Source: Gammaproteobacteria bacterium (GTDB lineage Bacteria > Pseudomonadota > Gammaproteobacteria > S012-40). Taken from it: a DNA stretch of 64,000 nt. The stretch lies in NCBI GenBank assembly GCA_029884425.1, contig JAOUHV010000007.1, forward strand, positions 11,358 to 75,357. Direction: 5' to 3'. Each line of letters opens with the position of its first letter. Positions within the stretch are counted from its first letter, which is position 1. Position numbers and translations under genes: made by a program. This document shows, piece after piece, positions 29,925-39,701 of this stretch. Under the pieces are notes generated by a model that worked only from the letters and a program-made list of their open reading frames with translations, was not told the origin of the DNA and made no database searches.

Positions 29925-31814
29925 CTACTCAAGTGCTTCGCTGATTTCCAACCATTGATTTTCCAATTCTGAAACTTCCTGTAGTAACTGGTTTTGTTCC
30001 GCGAGTGTGGTTTTCAGCCGGTTTTTATTGGCGCTGTCGTAGATTTCTGGTTGCGCGAGCTGTTGCTCCAGTTCCAGTTTCTTTTGTTGCAGCTTGCTTA
30101 ATTTTTGTTCAATCGCGCGTAGTTTGTCTCTGAGCGGCTTTTGCTTTTGCCGTTGTTCAGCATCCTGGCGCTTCTGTTCTTTGCGTGCGGCGGCACTGTT
30201 GCTGCCCGCCGCTGGTGAGGTTGAGTCGGTATTGGCTTGACGATTTTGGCTCTGCAGCAGCTTGTGGTAATCGTCCAGATCTCCCTCAAAAGCCTGGGCG
30301 CGGCCATCGGCGACCAGGATAAAGCTGTCGGTGAGAGTGCGCAGCAAATGTCGGTCGTGCGATACGATGAGCATCGCTCCTTCGAATTCTTGTAAAGCCA
30401 CATTAAGGGCGTGACGCATCTCCAGATCGAGGTGATTGGTAGGCTCGTCCAGCAGCAACAGATTGGGGCGTTGGTAGACCAGCAGTGCCAGCGCGAGACG
30501 GGCTTTCTCACCGCCGGATAATGGCGCGATTGGCTCGGACACTTTGTCGCCAATAAAGTCAAAGCCACCGAGGAAATTGCGCAAATCTTGTTCTCTCGCC
30601 TGCGAGTCAATTTGTTGCAGGTGCCACAGCGGTGTTTGATCGGCACGAAGTTGTTCGAGCTGATGCTGGGCGAAATAACCAATCTTCAGATCTTGTGCGC
30701 GAATGATGTTGCCACTGATGGCGGCCAAATCACCGGCGATGGTTTTGATCAATGTAGATTTTCCCGCACCATTGGCACCGAGCAGTCCCAGATGATCGCC
30801 GGGTTGAATCGTGAGATTGAGCGTATTGATCAGCGCCGGTTGGTTCGCATAGCCAACGCAAACCTGGTCCAGTCGCAGTAATGGCTGCGGCAGTTTGATG
30901 GGTTCGCGAAATGCAAAATGAAAGGGTGAATCCACATGGGCTGCAGCGATGAGCTCCATGCGGGCCAGCGCTTTCAAGCGGCTTTGTCCCTGTTTGGCTT
31001 TGGTGGCTTTGGCACCAAAGCGGCGCACGAAATTTTGAATGTGGGCAATTTCTTTTTGTTGTTTTTCATGTGCCGATTGTTGCTGCGCCAGTCGGGTGGC
31101 TCGGGTTTGTTCAAACGCGCTGTAATTGCCGGTGTATAGCGTGATTTGCTGCTGTTCAATGTGCGCGATGTGACTGCAAAGGCTATCAAGAAAATCGCGG
31201 TCATGTGAAATCAGCAGCAGCGTGCCAGGATATTGTTTCAGCCAGGTCTCCAGCCACATGACCGCATCAAGGTCCAGGTGGTTGGTGGGTTCGTCGAGCA
31301 ACAAAATATCAGAACGGCACATGAGCGCCTGCGCCAGATTTAATCGCATTCGCCAGCCACCGGAAAAAGCACGCGTGGGTTGCGACAGTTGCGCGTTGTT
31401 AAATCCTAAACCATGAAGTAACTGCGCCGCGCGGCTATCGGCGGTGTAGCCGTCAATATTTTCCAGTTGCTGATAGAGCAGGGCGACCGTCGAGGCATTG
31501 CCGTGTTGTTCGGCATCACGAATTTGTTGACGCAACTTTACCAATTCGGTATCGCCCATAAGCACGTAATCCAGGGCAGTAAAGTCCGTGGCCGGCGTTT
31601 CCTGCGCTACATGCGCGATACTCAATCCGGTGGGCAAGGTCAATTCGCCGGAGTCCGGCTCAAGTTTGCCTAAAACCAGTGAGAACAGGCTGGACTTACC
31701 CGTACCATTGGCGCCGGTAACACCGACATGGTAACCCTTGTGGATGACGAGGCTGGTTTTATCCAGCAGCAGCTTGGTGCCGCGACGCAGCGATAGTTGG
31801 TTTAGTGAAATCAT
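29925..31814 (-). CDS. ABC-F family ATPase (Uup-like, two ABC domains plus C-terminal coiled coil)
   Basis: Duplicated Walker A (GANGTGKSS, GANGAGKST), ABC signature (LSGGWRMR, LSGGEKAR) and Walker B. The 629-aa length and the C-terminal charged coiled coil are typical of Uup. Confidence 0.85.
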   Translation of the reverse strand: MISLNQLSLRRGTKLLLDKTSLVIHKGYHVGVTGANGTGKSSLFSLVLGKLEPDSGELTLPTGLSIAHVAQETPATDFTALDYVLMGDTELVKLRQQIRDAEQHGNASTVALLYQQLENIDGYTADSRAAQLLHGLGFNNAQLSQPTRAFSGGWRMRLNLAQALMCRSDILLLDEPTNHLDLDAVMWLETWLKQYPGTLLLISHDRDFLDSLCSHIAHIEQQQITLYTGNYSAFEQTRATRLAQQQSAHEKQQKEIAHIQNFVRRFGAKATKAKQGQSRLKALARMELIAAAHVDSPFHFAFREPIKLPQPLLRLDQVCVGYANQPALINTLNLTIQPGDHLGLLGANGAGKSTLIKTIAGDLAAISGNIIRAQDLKIGYFAQHQLEQLRADQTPLWHLQQIDSQAREQDLRNFLGGFDFIGDKVSEPIAPLSGGEKARLALALLVYQRPNLLLLDEPTNHLDLEMRHALNVALQEFEGAMLIVSHDRHLLRTLTDSFILVADGRAQAFEGDLDDYHKLLQSQNRQANTDSTSPAAGSNSAAARKEQKRQDAEQRQKQKPLRDKLRAIEQKLSKLQQKKLELEQQLAQPEIYDSANKNRLKTTLAEQNQLLQEVSELENQWLEISEALE

Positions 31815-31853
31815 GGGCGGATTTTACCAGCGCCCGACGACGATCACTAGGGG

Positions 31854-33698
31854 CTATGAGGCTTTGCGTAATACTTGGTTGGGTTGAGAGGTTGCAATGG
31901 AATCCAGAGTGGGCAGGTAAATGCGGAATGTCGTGCCCACATTGGGTGTGCTTTCAACGGCAATGTGACCGTTATGGCTGTGAACAATGCCGTGAACAGT
32001 GGAAAGTCCCATGCCGGTACCTTTGCCAATTTCCTTGGTGGAAATGAATGGCTCAAAAATGTGCTCCATCAGTTCGGGCTTGATGCCGTGGCCAGTATCG
32101 CTAATGCTCAACTCGATGTATTCACCGCCAAAGGGGGTATGGCAGGCCTGGCAATATCCTCCCTGATGCCGAACCTGGGCCAGTGCGATGTGCATTCTGC
32201 CTTTGTTATCCATGGCATCCCGGGCATTGATGCACAGATTCATGATGACCTGGTGGAATTGCACCGGATTGGCTTTTACGAACAAAGGAATGTCGTCCAT
32301 CTCAAAATCGATTTCTATGCTGCTAGGGATGACAGGACGCAACATGTCCACGACTTCTACTAGCAGTTTGTTGAGATTGAGTTCATCGAGTTTTTGTTCC
32401 TGGTTTCGACTAAAAGACAGCAGTTGCGCAATCAGATCTTTGGCTCTCAGTCCGGATTCGAGAATCTGCTTGTGATAAAAATCCAGTTTTTTGTCCTGGA
32501 AAACCTGGGATTTTTGGATGGTCAATTGAGAGTAGCCGATGATGCTGGTGAGAATATTGTTGAAGTCATGGGCAATTCCACCAGTGAGGTGGCCGATGGA
32601 TTCCATTTTTTGCGCTTGTTGAAGTTTTATGTAAAGTTCGGTCCGTTCTTTTTCTGCCGCAAGTCGTTCAGAAAGATTTCTGCCAACACAGACGAATGAT
32701 TTTTCATTATGATTGCCAACAGATACCAGTGTGATGTTGTAGGGGATGCTGGAGTCATTACTGCTGAGCATAGTGTCGTGTCGGGTTCTTCCTAATGTTT
32801 TTGCTCGCGATACAACGTTTTCAAAAATGGCGGAATCCGTAGGTGTCAGGAGGTCTCGAATGTTGACTTTTTTAACTGAGCCGCTGGTATTGATAAATTT
32901 ATTGAAAGCAAGATTACCCCATAACACGTCGCCTGCATGGTTGATCTTGAAAACCAGGTCGGGGATAGTATTGATAATCACATGATCATCAGTTCTGGCC
33001 GTACTTGATTTGGATGTTGGGTTGAAGTTCTCAATATAATTTTCATTGGGTATGGATGTTTCTGCAGATGCCCTGATGTTCCAGAGCATGAGTGCGCAAA
33101 ATCCAAAAACTCCACAGACCATTACGATGGATGATGGAGTTGCTATGGATGCTAGCCAAGCCATGATTGGTAGAAGTCCACTGACCAAGGTAATGGAAGA
33201 TACATTTTTTATATTACGGGTTTGCATTGTCATCACAGACACTGCAGACAGTGAAACCAGTAATGAAACTTCAGTTGTCAATGTGATCTGTGCAGGGTAG
33301 ATGGTCCAGATAAGTCCTCCCCAAAGAGATGAAATAACGGTGTAACTGATGGGCCACACCCGATTGTAGTAATTCGAAACTTCAGGATTATTTTTTCTTC
33401 CATGATGATTAATAATGAGATGCTGTAGGGAGGCAATGGCTAACAGGGAAACCCAGGCTGTTGCCTCTTGAACAAGTTCGTTATTAAGCAGCCAGCTAAA
33501 GGCAAATAGTGCAAAGATTGTATTTATGGCCAGGAATCGACTCTGGCCAAGAGTGATAGGTCGCAGTTCATTGCTTGTTGGGTCCATAGGAAACCTCTGC
33601 TGGGCATGCCTGCCTTCTTGGCGGCATAACAGAAGAAGTATCGGCTTGTATAAATCCAGCATAATGACGAAGGCCATAAAGGCGATCGACTGATACAA
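31854..33698 (-). CDS. Membrane sensor histidine kinase (about 6 TM N-domain, PAS, HisKA, HATPase), orphan
   Basis: H-box QQAQKMESIGHLTGGIAHDFNNILTSIIGY is nearly identical to the 27194-28777 kinase. N/G boxes NLCINARDA, DTGHGI, GTGMGL. Alternative start MDPTSNE at 33587 with GAGG upstream. Confidence 0.85.
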   Translation of the reverse strand: MYQSIAFMAFVIMLDLYKPILLLLCRQEGRHAQQRFPMDPTSNELRPITLGQSRFLAINTIFALFAFSWLLNNELVQEATAWVSLLAIASLQHLIINHHGRKNNPEVSNYYNRVWPISYTVISSLWGGLIWTIYPAQITLTTEVSLLVSLSAVSVMTMQTRNIKNVSSITLVSGLLPIMAWLASIATPSSIVMVCGVFGFCALMLWNIRASAETSIPNENYIENFNPTSKSSTARTDDHVIINTIPDLVFKINHAGDVLWGNLAFNKFINTSGSVKKVNIRDLLTPTDSAIFENVVSRAKTLGRTRHDTMLSSNDSSIPYNITLVSVGNHNEKSFVCVGRNLSERLAAEKERTELYIKLQQAQKMESIGHLTGGIAHDFNNILTSIIGYSQLTIQKSQVFQDKKLDFYHKQILESGLRAKDLIAQLLSFSRNQEQKLDELNLNKLLVEVVDMLRPVIPSSIEIDFEMDDIPLFVKANPVQFHQVIMNLCINARDAMDNKGRMHIALAQVRHQGGYCQACHTPFGGEYIELSISDTGHGIKPELMEHIFEPFISTKEIGKGTGMGLSTVHGIVHSHNGHIAVESTPNVGTTFRIYLPTLDSIATSQPNQVLRKAS

Positions 33699-33792
33699 AA
33701 ATATACAAAGCTGGAATTAAATCTGCGGTTTTACGGAGTGAAAAAATTGTGGAAGTTAAGGTTTTAGCTGCGAGGAAAATTTTTATGCAAGA

Positions 33793-34284
33793 TCAATATC
33801 GAATTTCAACAATAATAAAATGAATAATTCCGCTGGGCGTTTGCACGCTGACTTCGTCATCCAACATTTTTTTTAGCAGGGCTTTTGCCATGGGGGAATC
33901 CAGGCTGATGTTTTCTTCGGCGCGATCAATTTCATCGCTGCCGACAATGCGATAGGTTTTTTCCTCGCCTTGCTGATCTTCCAGCGTAACCCACGCGCCA
34001 AAAAATACCTGCTGGGTGTTGTCCGGTTGGCGGTCGACGATGGTTAATTCGGGCATGCGCTTTTGCAGATAGCGAATGCGGCGATCAATTTCGCGTAATT
34101 CTTTTTTGCGATAAATGTATTCGGCGTTTTCTGAGCGATCACCTTCGGCAGCGGCGGCGGCCAGGGCTTTGGTCACTTCGGTGCGGCGTTGCCAGAGTTG
34201 TTTGGCTTCTTGCTCCAGCGCAAGATAGCCGTCGCGAGTGATGTAGGGCGAGGCTTTGGGTTGTGGTGGGCGGTAGCGTGACAT
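33793..34284 (-). CDS. greB: Transcription elongation factor GreB
   Basis: ITRDGYLALEQEAKQLW...GDRSENAEYIYRKKELREIDRRIRYL is a Gre coiled coil with D-E acidic tip residues, plus a C-terminal FKBP-like domain. 163 aa. The basic patch is GreB-like. Confidence 0.8.
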   Translation of the reverse strand: MSRYRPPQPKASPYITRDGYLALEQEAKQLWQRRTEVTKALAAAAAEGDRSENAEYIYRKKELREIDRRIRYLQKRMPELTIVDRQPDNTQQVFFGAWVTLEDQQGEEKTYRIVGSDEIDRAEENISLDSPMAKALLKKMLDDEVSVQTPSGIIHFIIVEIRY

Positions 34285-34292
34285 AGTGCTGC

Positions 34293-35804
34293 TCAGTTCA
34301 GGTGTCGGCTTTGGCGTTGTAATGTGCCAGCGCTTTTTTTGTTTTTAATGTTGTTTTGCAGTGACTCACCGAAAGGTGCCAGGCCTTTTTCACCGCTGTT
34401 GGCATAATCCTGCAGCATCGCTGGCAAGACAACGTCTGCGGATAAATTGAGTGATTCGGTGAGCCCTTGATAGACAAGGGTGAACAATCGTTTCAAGCTG
34501 ATTTTATGCGTTTGCTCGCTGGTGGCAAACAGCCAGTCTGCGAGTTGCATGAAGCGTTCGAACGGCGCATCACCCAGGATGATGGGTTTGACACACGAAA
34601 ACCGGCCTGAATTGGCGATCATGTCCCAATAGCGCGCAAAGCGGTTGAGGCGCTGCATCGTGGCAAAATTCATGTCCCTGGTTGCCAGAATATTGTAGGG
34701 CGGACTGGGATTAAATTTTAATGCAAATTCCTGGGTGTGGCGGATCAGCGGTGTACCGCGCAGTCGTTTCAAAATGCCGACCTGAATTTCGTGCGGGTTG
34801 AGTCCGGCGAGCAAATCAAAACTTTTCGCAAAACTTTGCAACGTTTCTCCAGGAAGGCCGGCGATCAGGTCGGTATGCAAATGTGCCTGGGTGTGATTGC
34901 GCAGCCAGCGGATATTTTCCATGGACATGGAGTTGTCCTGACGGCGGCTGATCAACTGCTGCACGTTGGGATCAAAGCTCTGAATGCCTATTTCAAATTG
35001 CAGACTGCCTTCGGGGAAGCGGGCGATGACTTCTTTCAGTGCTTCCGGCAGATGATCGGGAATGAGTTCAAAATGCAGAAACACGCCTTGATCAATCCGC
35101 TGCAGAAAAAATTCCATGATGCGGATGCTGGCAGCGATTTTGAGATTAAAGGTGCGATCGACAAATTTAAAATGCCGTGCGCCGCGCTCAAACAACTGTT
35201 CCATTTCGCGCAGAAATAAATCCAGGTCGAACGGTTTGGCGGTTTTGTCCAATGCGGACAGACAGAATTCACATTTGAACGGGCAACCACGCGATGCCTC
35301 GACGTAGATGATGCGGTGGGCAATGTCCTCATCCGAATACAGCGCGTAGGGTAAGGCCAGGGTGTCCAGCGCCGCAGGCAGCGCGTGCTGGATTTTTTGC
35401 GTGGGCGGATTGTTCTCCAGCAAAATCGCTTCACAGACTTCGCGGAATAAATGGTCTGCGGCACCGCACAGCACGTAATCGGCATAACGAAATATGGTTT
35501 GCTGCTCGGTCTCAAAACTGATTTCGGGTCCCCCCAGAATCAACTGGATATCGGGGCGAACTTGCTTGAGCATGCCGGCAACCTGGGTGGTCAGCTCAAT
35601 ATTCCATATATAGGTGCCCAGGCCAATGATCTTGGGATTTAACGCCAGCAGGGCTTCGACGATGTCGGTGGGCTGTTGCTGGATGGTGAACTCGCGGATG
35701 CAGCAGTCATTGCTGAGTGCGCCCAGATTGGCGTGCAGGTAGCGTAACCCCATGGCGGTGTGGATGTAGCGGGCGTTAAACGTACTCAGGACAATGGCGG
35801 GCAT
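34293..35804 (-). CDS. B12-binding radical SAM protein (DUF4080-type)
   Basis: N-terminal B12-binding-like Rossmann segment, radical SAM CFKCEFCLS (CxxxCxxC) and a C-terminal DUF4080-like region. 503 aa. Confidence 0.75.
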   Translation of the reverse strand: MPAIVLSTFNARYIHTAMGLRYLHANLGALSNDCCIREFTIQQQPTDIVEALLALNPKIIGLGTYIWNIELTTQVAGMLKQVRPDIQLILGGPEISFETEQQTIFRYADYVLCGAADHLFREVCEAILLENNPPTQKIQHALPAALDTLALPYALYSDEDIAHRIIYVEASRGCPFKCEFCLSALDKTAKPFDLDLFLREMEQLFERGARHFKFVDRTFNLKIAASIRIMEFFLQRIDQGVFLHFELIPDHLPEALKEVIARFPEGSLQFEIGIQSFDPNVQQLISRRQDNSMSMENIRWLRNHTQAHLHTDLIAGLPGETLQSFAKSFDLLAGLNPHEIQVGILKRLRGTPLIRHTQEFALKFNPSPPYNILATRDMNFATMQRLNRFARYWDMIANSGRFSCVKPIILGDAPFERFMQLADWLFATSEQTHKISLKRLFTLVYQGLTESLNLSADVVLPAMLQDYANSGEKGLAPFGESLQNNIKNKKSAGTLQRQSRHLN

Positions 35805-35908
35805 CAGGTTTGGTCGGCGTTAAGGTGGCCACGGATTATATGTCATGCAGCCGCCGGCTGTCATGGCGTTGGCTCATGCTATACTTTCGCCCCGAAATTG
35901 GGGGAGAT

Positions 35909-36850
35909 ATGGAACTAACGCTGGGATTAAGCAGTTGTTTGGCTGGAAATGCGGTTCGCTACGACGGCGATGACAGCTACAACCCAAAGATCATGCGGGA
36001 AATAGGCGAGTGGGCGACGTTCGAGGTCATTTGCCCGGAAATGGCGATTGGCCTGGGTGTACCACGCAAGCCTATCCAATTGCGTCGCCACGGTGAAGAT
36101 GTTCGCGTCCAGGGGGTCGATAATCCCCAGCTTGATGTGACCGACGCGCTGCTGGATTTTGCCCGGCAGATCAGTACGCGTTGCGATCAGTGGAGTGGCT
36201 ATATCCTGAAAAAGGGTTCGCCCAGTTGCGGGATGCATGGCGTGCGCATCATGGATGCCAGTGGTCAGCAACAACTGGAGTCCGGGCAGGGTAAATTTGC
36301 CCAGCATCTACAGCAACTTTGCCCGACCTTGCCGATGATCGACGAATGGCAACTGGCCGATTCGCAGCAATATGACCAATTTATCCAGCGTGTCTTGGCC
36401 CGTTGGCAATGGCTGAAATGGATTCGCACTTCGCCGGATTTGGCGGCGTTGCGCCAATTTCACCAGCGTTTTGCGCTGAGCCTGCTGTTGCGCGATCCAC
36501 AGGCGAAATACGATTTGGATGCCTGGCTTGATGAGCGGGAATCGCTGGGCGAGTCGGATCTCGCGCAATATTTTTTGTTGTTTATGACAGCGTTGAATGG
36601 ACAGGCTGATGTGTTGCAGCGCAGCCTAGCGTTGAACGTCTACGCGCAACCGCTGGCATCTGAGATTGAGGCCGCCGATTGGGCTGCCTTGCAGGAATTG
36701 TTGAGCGAGTACGGCGCAGGCATTGTGCCATTGAGCTTTGTGCTGGGAGCACTTCGGCAGTTGGTGGTGAAGCATCAATTGGCGTTGTGGCAAGACTGTG
36801 TGTGCTTATTTCCGGACGGTGTGGAACAGCGTCTACGTTATCCTGTGTAA
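35909..36850 (+). CDS. DUF523 (TudS-like 2-thiouracil desulfidase fold) plus DUF1722 (YbgA-like) fusion protein
   Basis: N-terminal Cys-containing DUF523 segment (SSCLAGNAVRYDG...ICPEMAIGLGVPRKP...GSPSCGM) followed by a helical DUF1722-like C-terminus. The start is trimmed to ATG 35909 (GGGGAGA SD). Confidence 0.65.
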   Translation: MELTLGLSSCLAGNAVRYDGDDSYNPKIMREIGEWATFEVICPEMAIGLGVPRKPIQLRRHGEDVRVQGVDNPQLDVTDALLDFARQISTRCDQWSGYILKKGSPSCGMHGVRIMDASGQQQLESGQGKFAQHLQQLCPTLPMIDEWQLADSQQYDQFIQRVLARWQWLKWIRTSPDLAALRQFHQRFALSLLLRDPQAKYDLDAWLDERESLGESDLAQYFLLFMTALNGQADVLQRSLALNVYAQPLASEIEAADWAALQELLSEYGAGIVPLSFVLGALRQLVVKHQLALWQDCVCLFPDGVEQRLRYPV

Positions 36851-36865
36851 TGGTGAGGAACGATC

Positions 36866-37174
36866 ATGAGTGATCATCAGCAATTAGTGCGACAAGAATT
36901 GAATGAACAAACAGCCAAAATTGGCTGGAAAGAATTAGAGCGCCATTTTGCGCGTGGTGTGCTGGTGAAGGTGGCGGCAGAACTGGATCTGGTCGTCGTC
37001 GGCGAAGCGATGGTGCGTGATGACGCCAAACAGCTTGGAGTCTGGGCCAGTGCAGGCAAAGTGGTACGCGCCAGTGAAGAAGATGCGCGCCGCTGGGTGG
37101 ATAACGACACGGTATTTTGGGCTGTCGTCGTAGCACCTTGGGTGTTGGTGCAGGAAGTTTACGAAGCTGATTAA
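36866..37174 (+). CDS. DUF2288-family small protein
   Basis: 102 aa, co-oriented 15 bp after the DUF523/DUF1722 gene. It has a conserved W...FWAVVVAPWVLVQE pattern. Confidence 0.5.
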   Translation: MSDHQQLVRQELNEQTAKIGWKELERHFARGVLVKVAAELDLVVVGEAMVRDDAKQLGVWASAGKVVRASEEDARRWVDNDTVFWAVVVAPWVLVQEVYEAD

Positions 37175-37406
37175 GATTGATTGTGTATTGGTAGAAATGT
37201 GCGGATGACTGGCGCTGGCGTGTCTGGTGAACTATGCTGCGTGGTGTGTGTTTAAATAGACTGATGGGCGATGATCGATTGGTATGTTCGCCGTTGCGCA
37301 AAAAATGTACATTGTGATTAAAGTAATTGCGCAATAACCACGATAATAGCCCTGGTGATCAACACGACAATTTTAATTTCACAGGCATGTTGGAGGATGG
37401 ATTTCA

Positions 37407-37931
37407 ATGAATGGCAAGCTGAAAAGTTCTACCTATAAAGGGATGTTGGCTGCGCTGGTGCTGACGGTCAGTGCCCCGATGGCCATGGCGGCTCAAGGCT
37501 GGGGAGCCGAAGGCGGTAAGGGGGGCGGCCATCATTCGGCGCATAAGTCTGGTGGCGGTGATTGGGATAACAAAGGTGGAATGGAGTCTGAAGGCCACAT
37601 GACCATGCGTTTGCGTATGGTGTGGAATCTGGATTTGAACGACAGACAGAAAAAAGAAATTCGTGCTATTACTCGCGAATTGCGCGAGAAAACTCAGGGT
37701 CTTGATGACAAGATTGAAGACACCTCTGACGAACTGTTTACCCTGTACGGTGGTAAGGTGCGTAACCCTCAGGAGATCGGAAAGGTTTACGCCAAAATCT
37801 TTGATTATCGTCGCCAAATTATTGAACTGTCTATCGATGCGGGCAACCGTGTTGAAGCCATTTTGACACCCGAACAACGCCAGGCGATGCACAAGTACAT
37901 GCCTAAGCCACGTTGGGGTTCTTCCTGGTAA
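37407..37931 (+). CDS. Spy/CpxP-family periplasmic chaperone-like protein
   Basis: Signal peptide (LVLTVSAPMAMAA), a Gly-rich linker and two LTxxQ-type motifs (LDLNDRQKKEI, ILTPEQRQAM). GGAGGA SD. Confidence 0.75.
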   Translation: MNGKLKSSTYKGMLAALVLTVSAPMAMAAQGWGAEGGKGGGHHSAHKSGGGDWDNKGGMESEGHMTMRLRMVWNLDLNDRQKKEIRAITRELREKTQGLDDKIEDTSDELFTLYGGKVRNPQEIGKVYAKIFDYRRQIIELSIDAGNRVEAILTPEQRQAMHKYMPKPRWGSSW

Positions 37932-37955
37932 TAAGCGTTCAGTGAACGATCGATC

Positions 37956-37987
37956 TGAAAAGCCGGTGCATACACCGGCTTTTTTGT
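37956..37987. terminator. Bidirectional rho-independent terminator
   Basis: gaaaa-agccggtg-cata-caccggct-ttttt between convergent genes. Confidence 0.8.
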
Positions 37988-37994
37988 TCGTGAA

Positions 37995-38429
37995 TTATGA
38001 GGCGACAGATTGTCGTGGCTGAATGACGCTGTCAGTGGCAACCTGATACCTCGCCCAGTCGATGGCTTGCGGCAGGGTGAAAAATACACGGCATTCAAAT
38101 GCAAGATCAACAGTTTGTTGGATGTAAATATTGGCTAGCGCGAGCATGGCCGGATTGTTCGGTGGAATAATTAGCGCAATGCGTAGCTGCGATTTGGTTT
38201 TGGCCAGAACCCGGTTGGCAGTGCTGATGGCCTCCACATGCACCTCATCGAGATTATGAGCGATGACTTGGCGATAATCGTTAATGATGTAATCAGCTTT
38301 GGTGTAGCGCAGATCCTGATGTAGATTGAAACTGCATTTGACATATTCATCGCCACTAACAAATCCGGAAAAGCACCGATAGGCTCCATCATTAAACCAC
38401 TGTATCGAATAGGTCATAGATATCATCAA
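37995..38429 (-). CDS. Hypothetical 144-aa cytoplasmic protein (possibly STAS/SpoIIAA-like fold)
   Basis: Clean ORF with no TM. Its alternating beta/alpha hydrophobic pattern gives a weak resemblance to STAS-like small sensor modules. No confident family. Confidence 0.45.
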   Translation of the reverse strand: MMISMTYSIQWFNDGAYRCFSGFVSGDEYVKCSFNLHQDLRYTKADYIINDYRQVIAHNLDEVHVEAISTANRVLAKTKSQLRIALIIPPNNPAMLALANIYIQQTVDLAFECRVFFTLPQAIDWARYQVATDSVIQPRQSVAS

Positions 38430-38560
38430 ATAAAACGGTACAGTTATTCTATGCTTACTTTATGGAAATTTTCTATGGGAATTATGCAGAGAATTTCATA
38501 TTTAATTTATCTGTGCTGTCGATAATAGACGACAAGATTTGCCAATACGGAGGCTGACAC

Positions 38561-39688
38561 ATGGCTGGACACGGGCAACACAAGGCGCTGATCTGGGATT
38601 TGCCGACACGTGTATTTCATTGGCTGCTGGTGCTGGGATTCGCCGTTGGTTGGATATCGTCGGAAAATGATCGTCTGGTTTATCTGCATGTCTATGCGGG
38701 ATATGTGTTTTTTGGTTTGCTGGTGTTTCGCTTGGTTTGGGGCGCGGTGGGCAGTCGTTTTGCGAGGTTTCGTTCGTTCGCTCACGACTGGCCATCGGTA
38801 ACGGCGTATCTCAAGGGTTTGCTTAACGGCGAGGCGCAGCGCTATGTGGGACACAATCCCGCAGGAGGCTGGGCGATTTTCCTGCTGATTTTTTTGGGAT
38901 TGGGAATAGGCATCACCGGCATGTTGGTGTTGGGGGGCGAGGAAGGTCACGGGCCGTTGCGTCATCTGGTGTCGTACGATGTTGGTTCTGCCAGCAAAGA
39001 ACTGCACGAAGGCTTTGCCACATTTATGCTGCTGTTGGTGTTTGTGCATATTGCTGGCGTGATTGTCGAGAGTTTCCTGCACAAAGAAAACCTGATCTGG
39101 TCCATGGTCACGGGGGTTAAAAACGCTGCCCCTGAATTGGGCGTGAGCCGTTTCGGCATACTGGCGGTGTTGATGCTGGCCATCGTTTTTTCCAGCGCGG
39201 CCTATTATTTCCGCGGCTATGTGCAGGAAACCAAAGAAACGCCATTCCGCCCCTATTCGCACGAAAAACTGGCGGACAACGCTACCTGGCGCACTGAGTG
39301 TGGTGATTGTCACATGGCGTTTCATCCCAGCCTGTTGCCCGCGCGTAGTTGGCAAAAGTTGATGGCGCAGCAATCAGATCACTTTGGTGATGATCTGGCC
39401 TTGGAAGGTGAGACGTTGCAGGAAGTGACCGATTTTCTGCTGAACAATTCGGCAGACAAGGGTGAAACCGAGGCGGCCAACAAGATGATTCGCAGTATTT
39501 CGGCGGATCAGGCTCCCATTGCCATTACTGAAACGCGCTATTGGAAGCACAAGCACAGTGAGATCGGAGACGAGTACTGGAAGAGCAAGAGGGTGGGCAG
39601 CAAGAGCAATTGTGCCGCCTGCCATCTGGACGCAAATGACGGCTGGTATGAGGACTCCAACATGCGCTTGCCTGACATAAAGCCATAG
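38561..39688 (+). CDS. Cytochrome b561-family membrane dihaem b domain fused to a C-terminal dihaem cytochrome c (DUF1924-like) domain
   Basis: N-terminus: 4 TM with conserved His (VFHWLLVLGF, HVYAGY, HEGFATFMLLLVFVHIAGV), typical of cytochrome b561/Ni-Fe hydrogenase b-type. C-terminus: two CxxCH motifs (CGDCH, CAACH). Confidence 0.75.
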   Translation: MAGHGQHKALIWDLPTRVFHWLLVLGFAVGWISSENDRLVYLHVYAGYVFFGLLVFRLVWGAVGSRFARFRSFAHDWPSVTAYLKGLLNGEAQRYVGHNPAGGWAIFLLIFLGLGIGITGMLVLGGEEGHGPLRHLVSYDVGSASKELHEGFATFMLLLVFVHIAGVIVESFLHKENLIWSMVTGVKNAAPELGVSRFGILAVLMLAIVFSSAAYYFRGYVQETKETPFRPYSHEKLADNATWRTECGDCHMAFHPSLLPARSWQKLMAQQSDHFGDDLALEGETLQEVTDFLLNNSADKGETEAANKMIRSISADQAPIAITETRYWKHKHSEIGDEYWKSKRVGSKSNCAACHLDANDGWYEDSNMRLPDIKP

Positions 39689-39701
39689 CGGGCCGCATTT
39701 G

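Noticed and set aside
35810-35908. N-terminal 33-aa extension of the DUF523/DUF1722 ORF overlapping the rSAM gene start
   Set aside because: The extension would overlap the divergent rSAM gene's 5' end and the promoter region. An ATG with an SD occurs at 35909, where homology begins.
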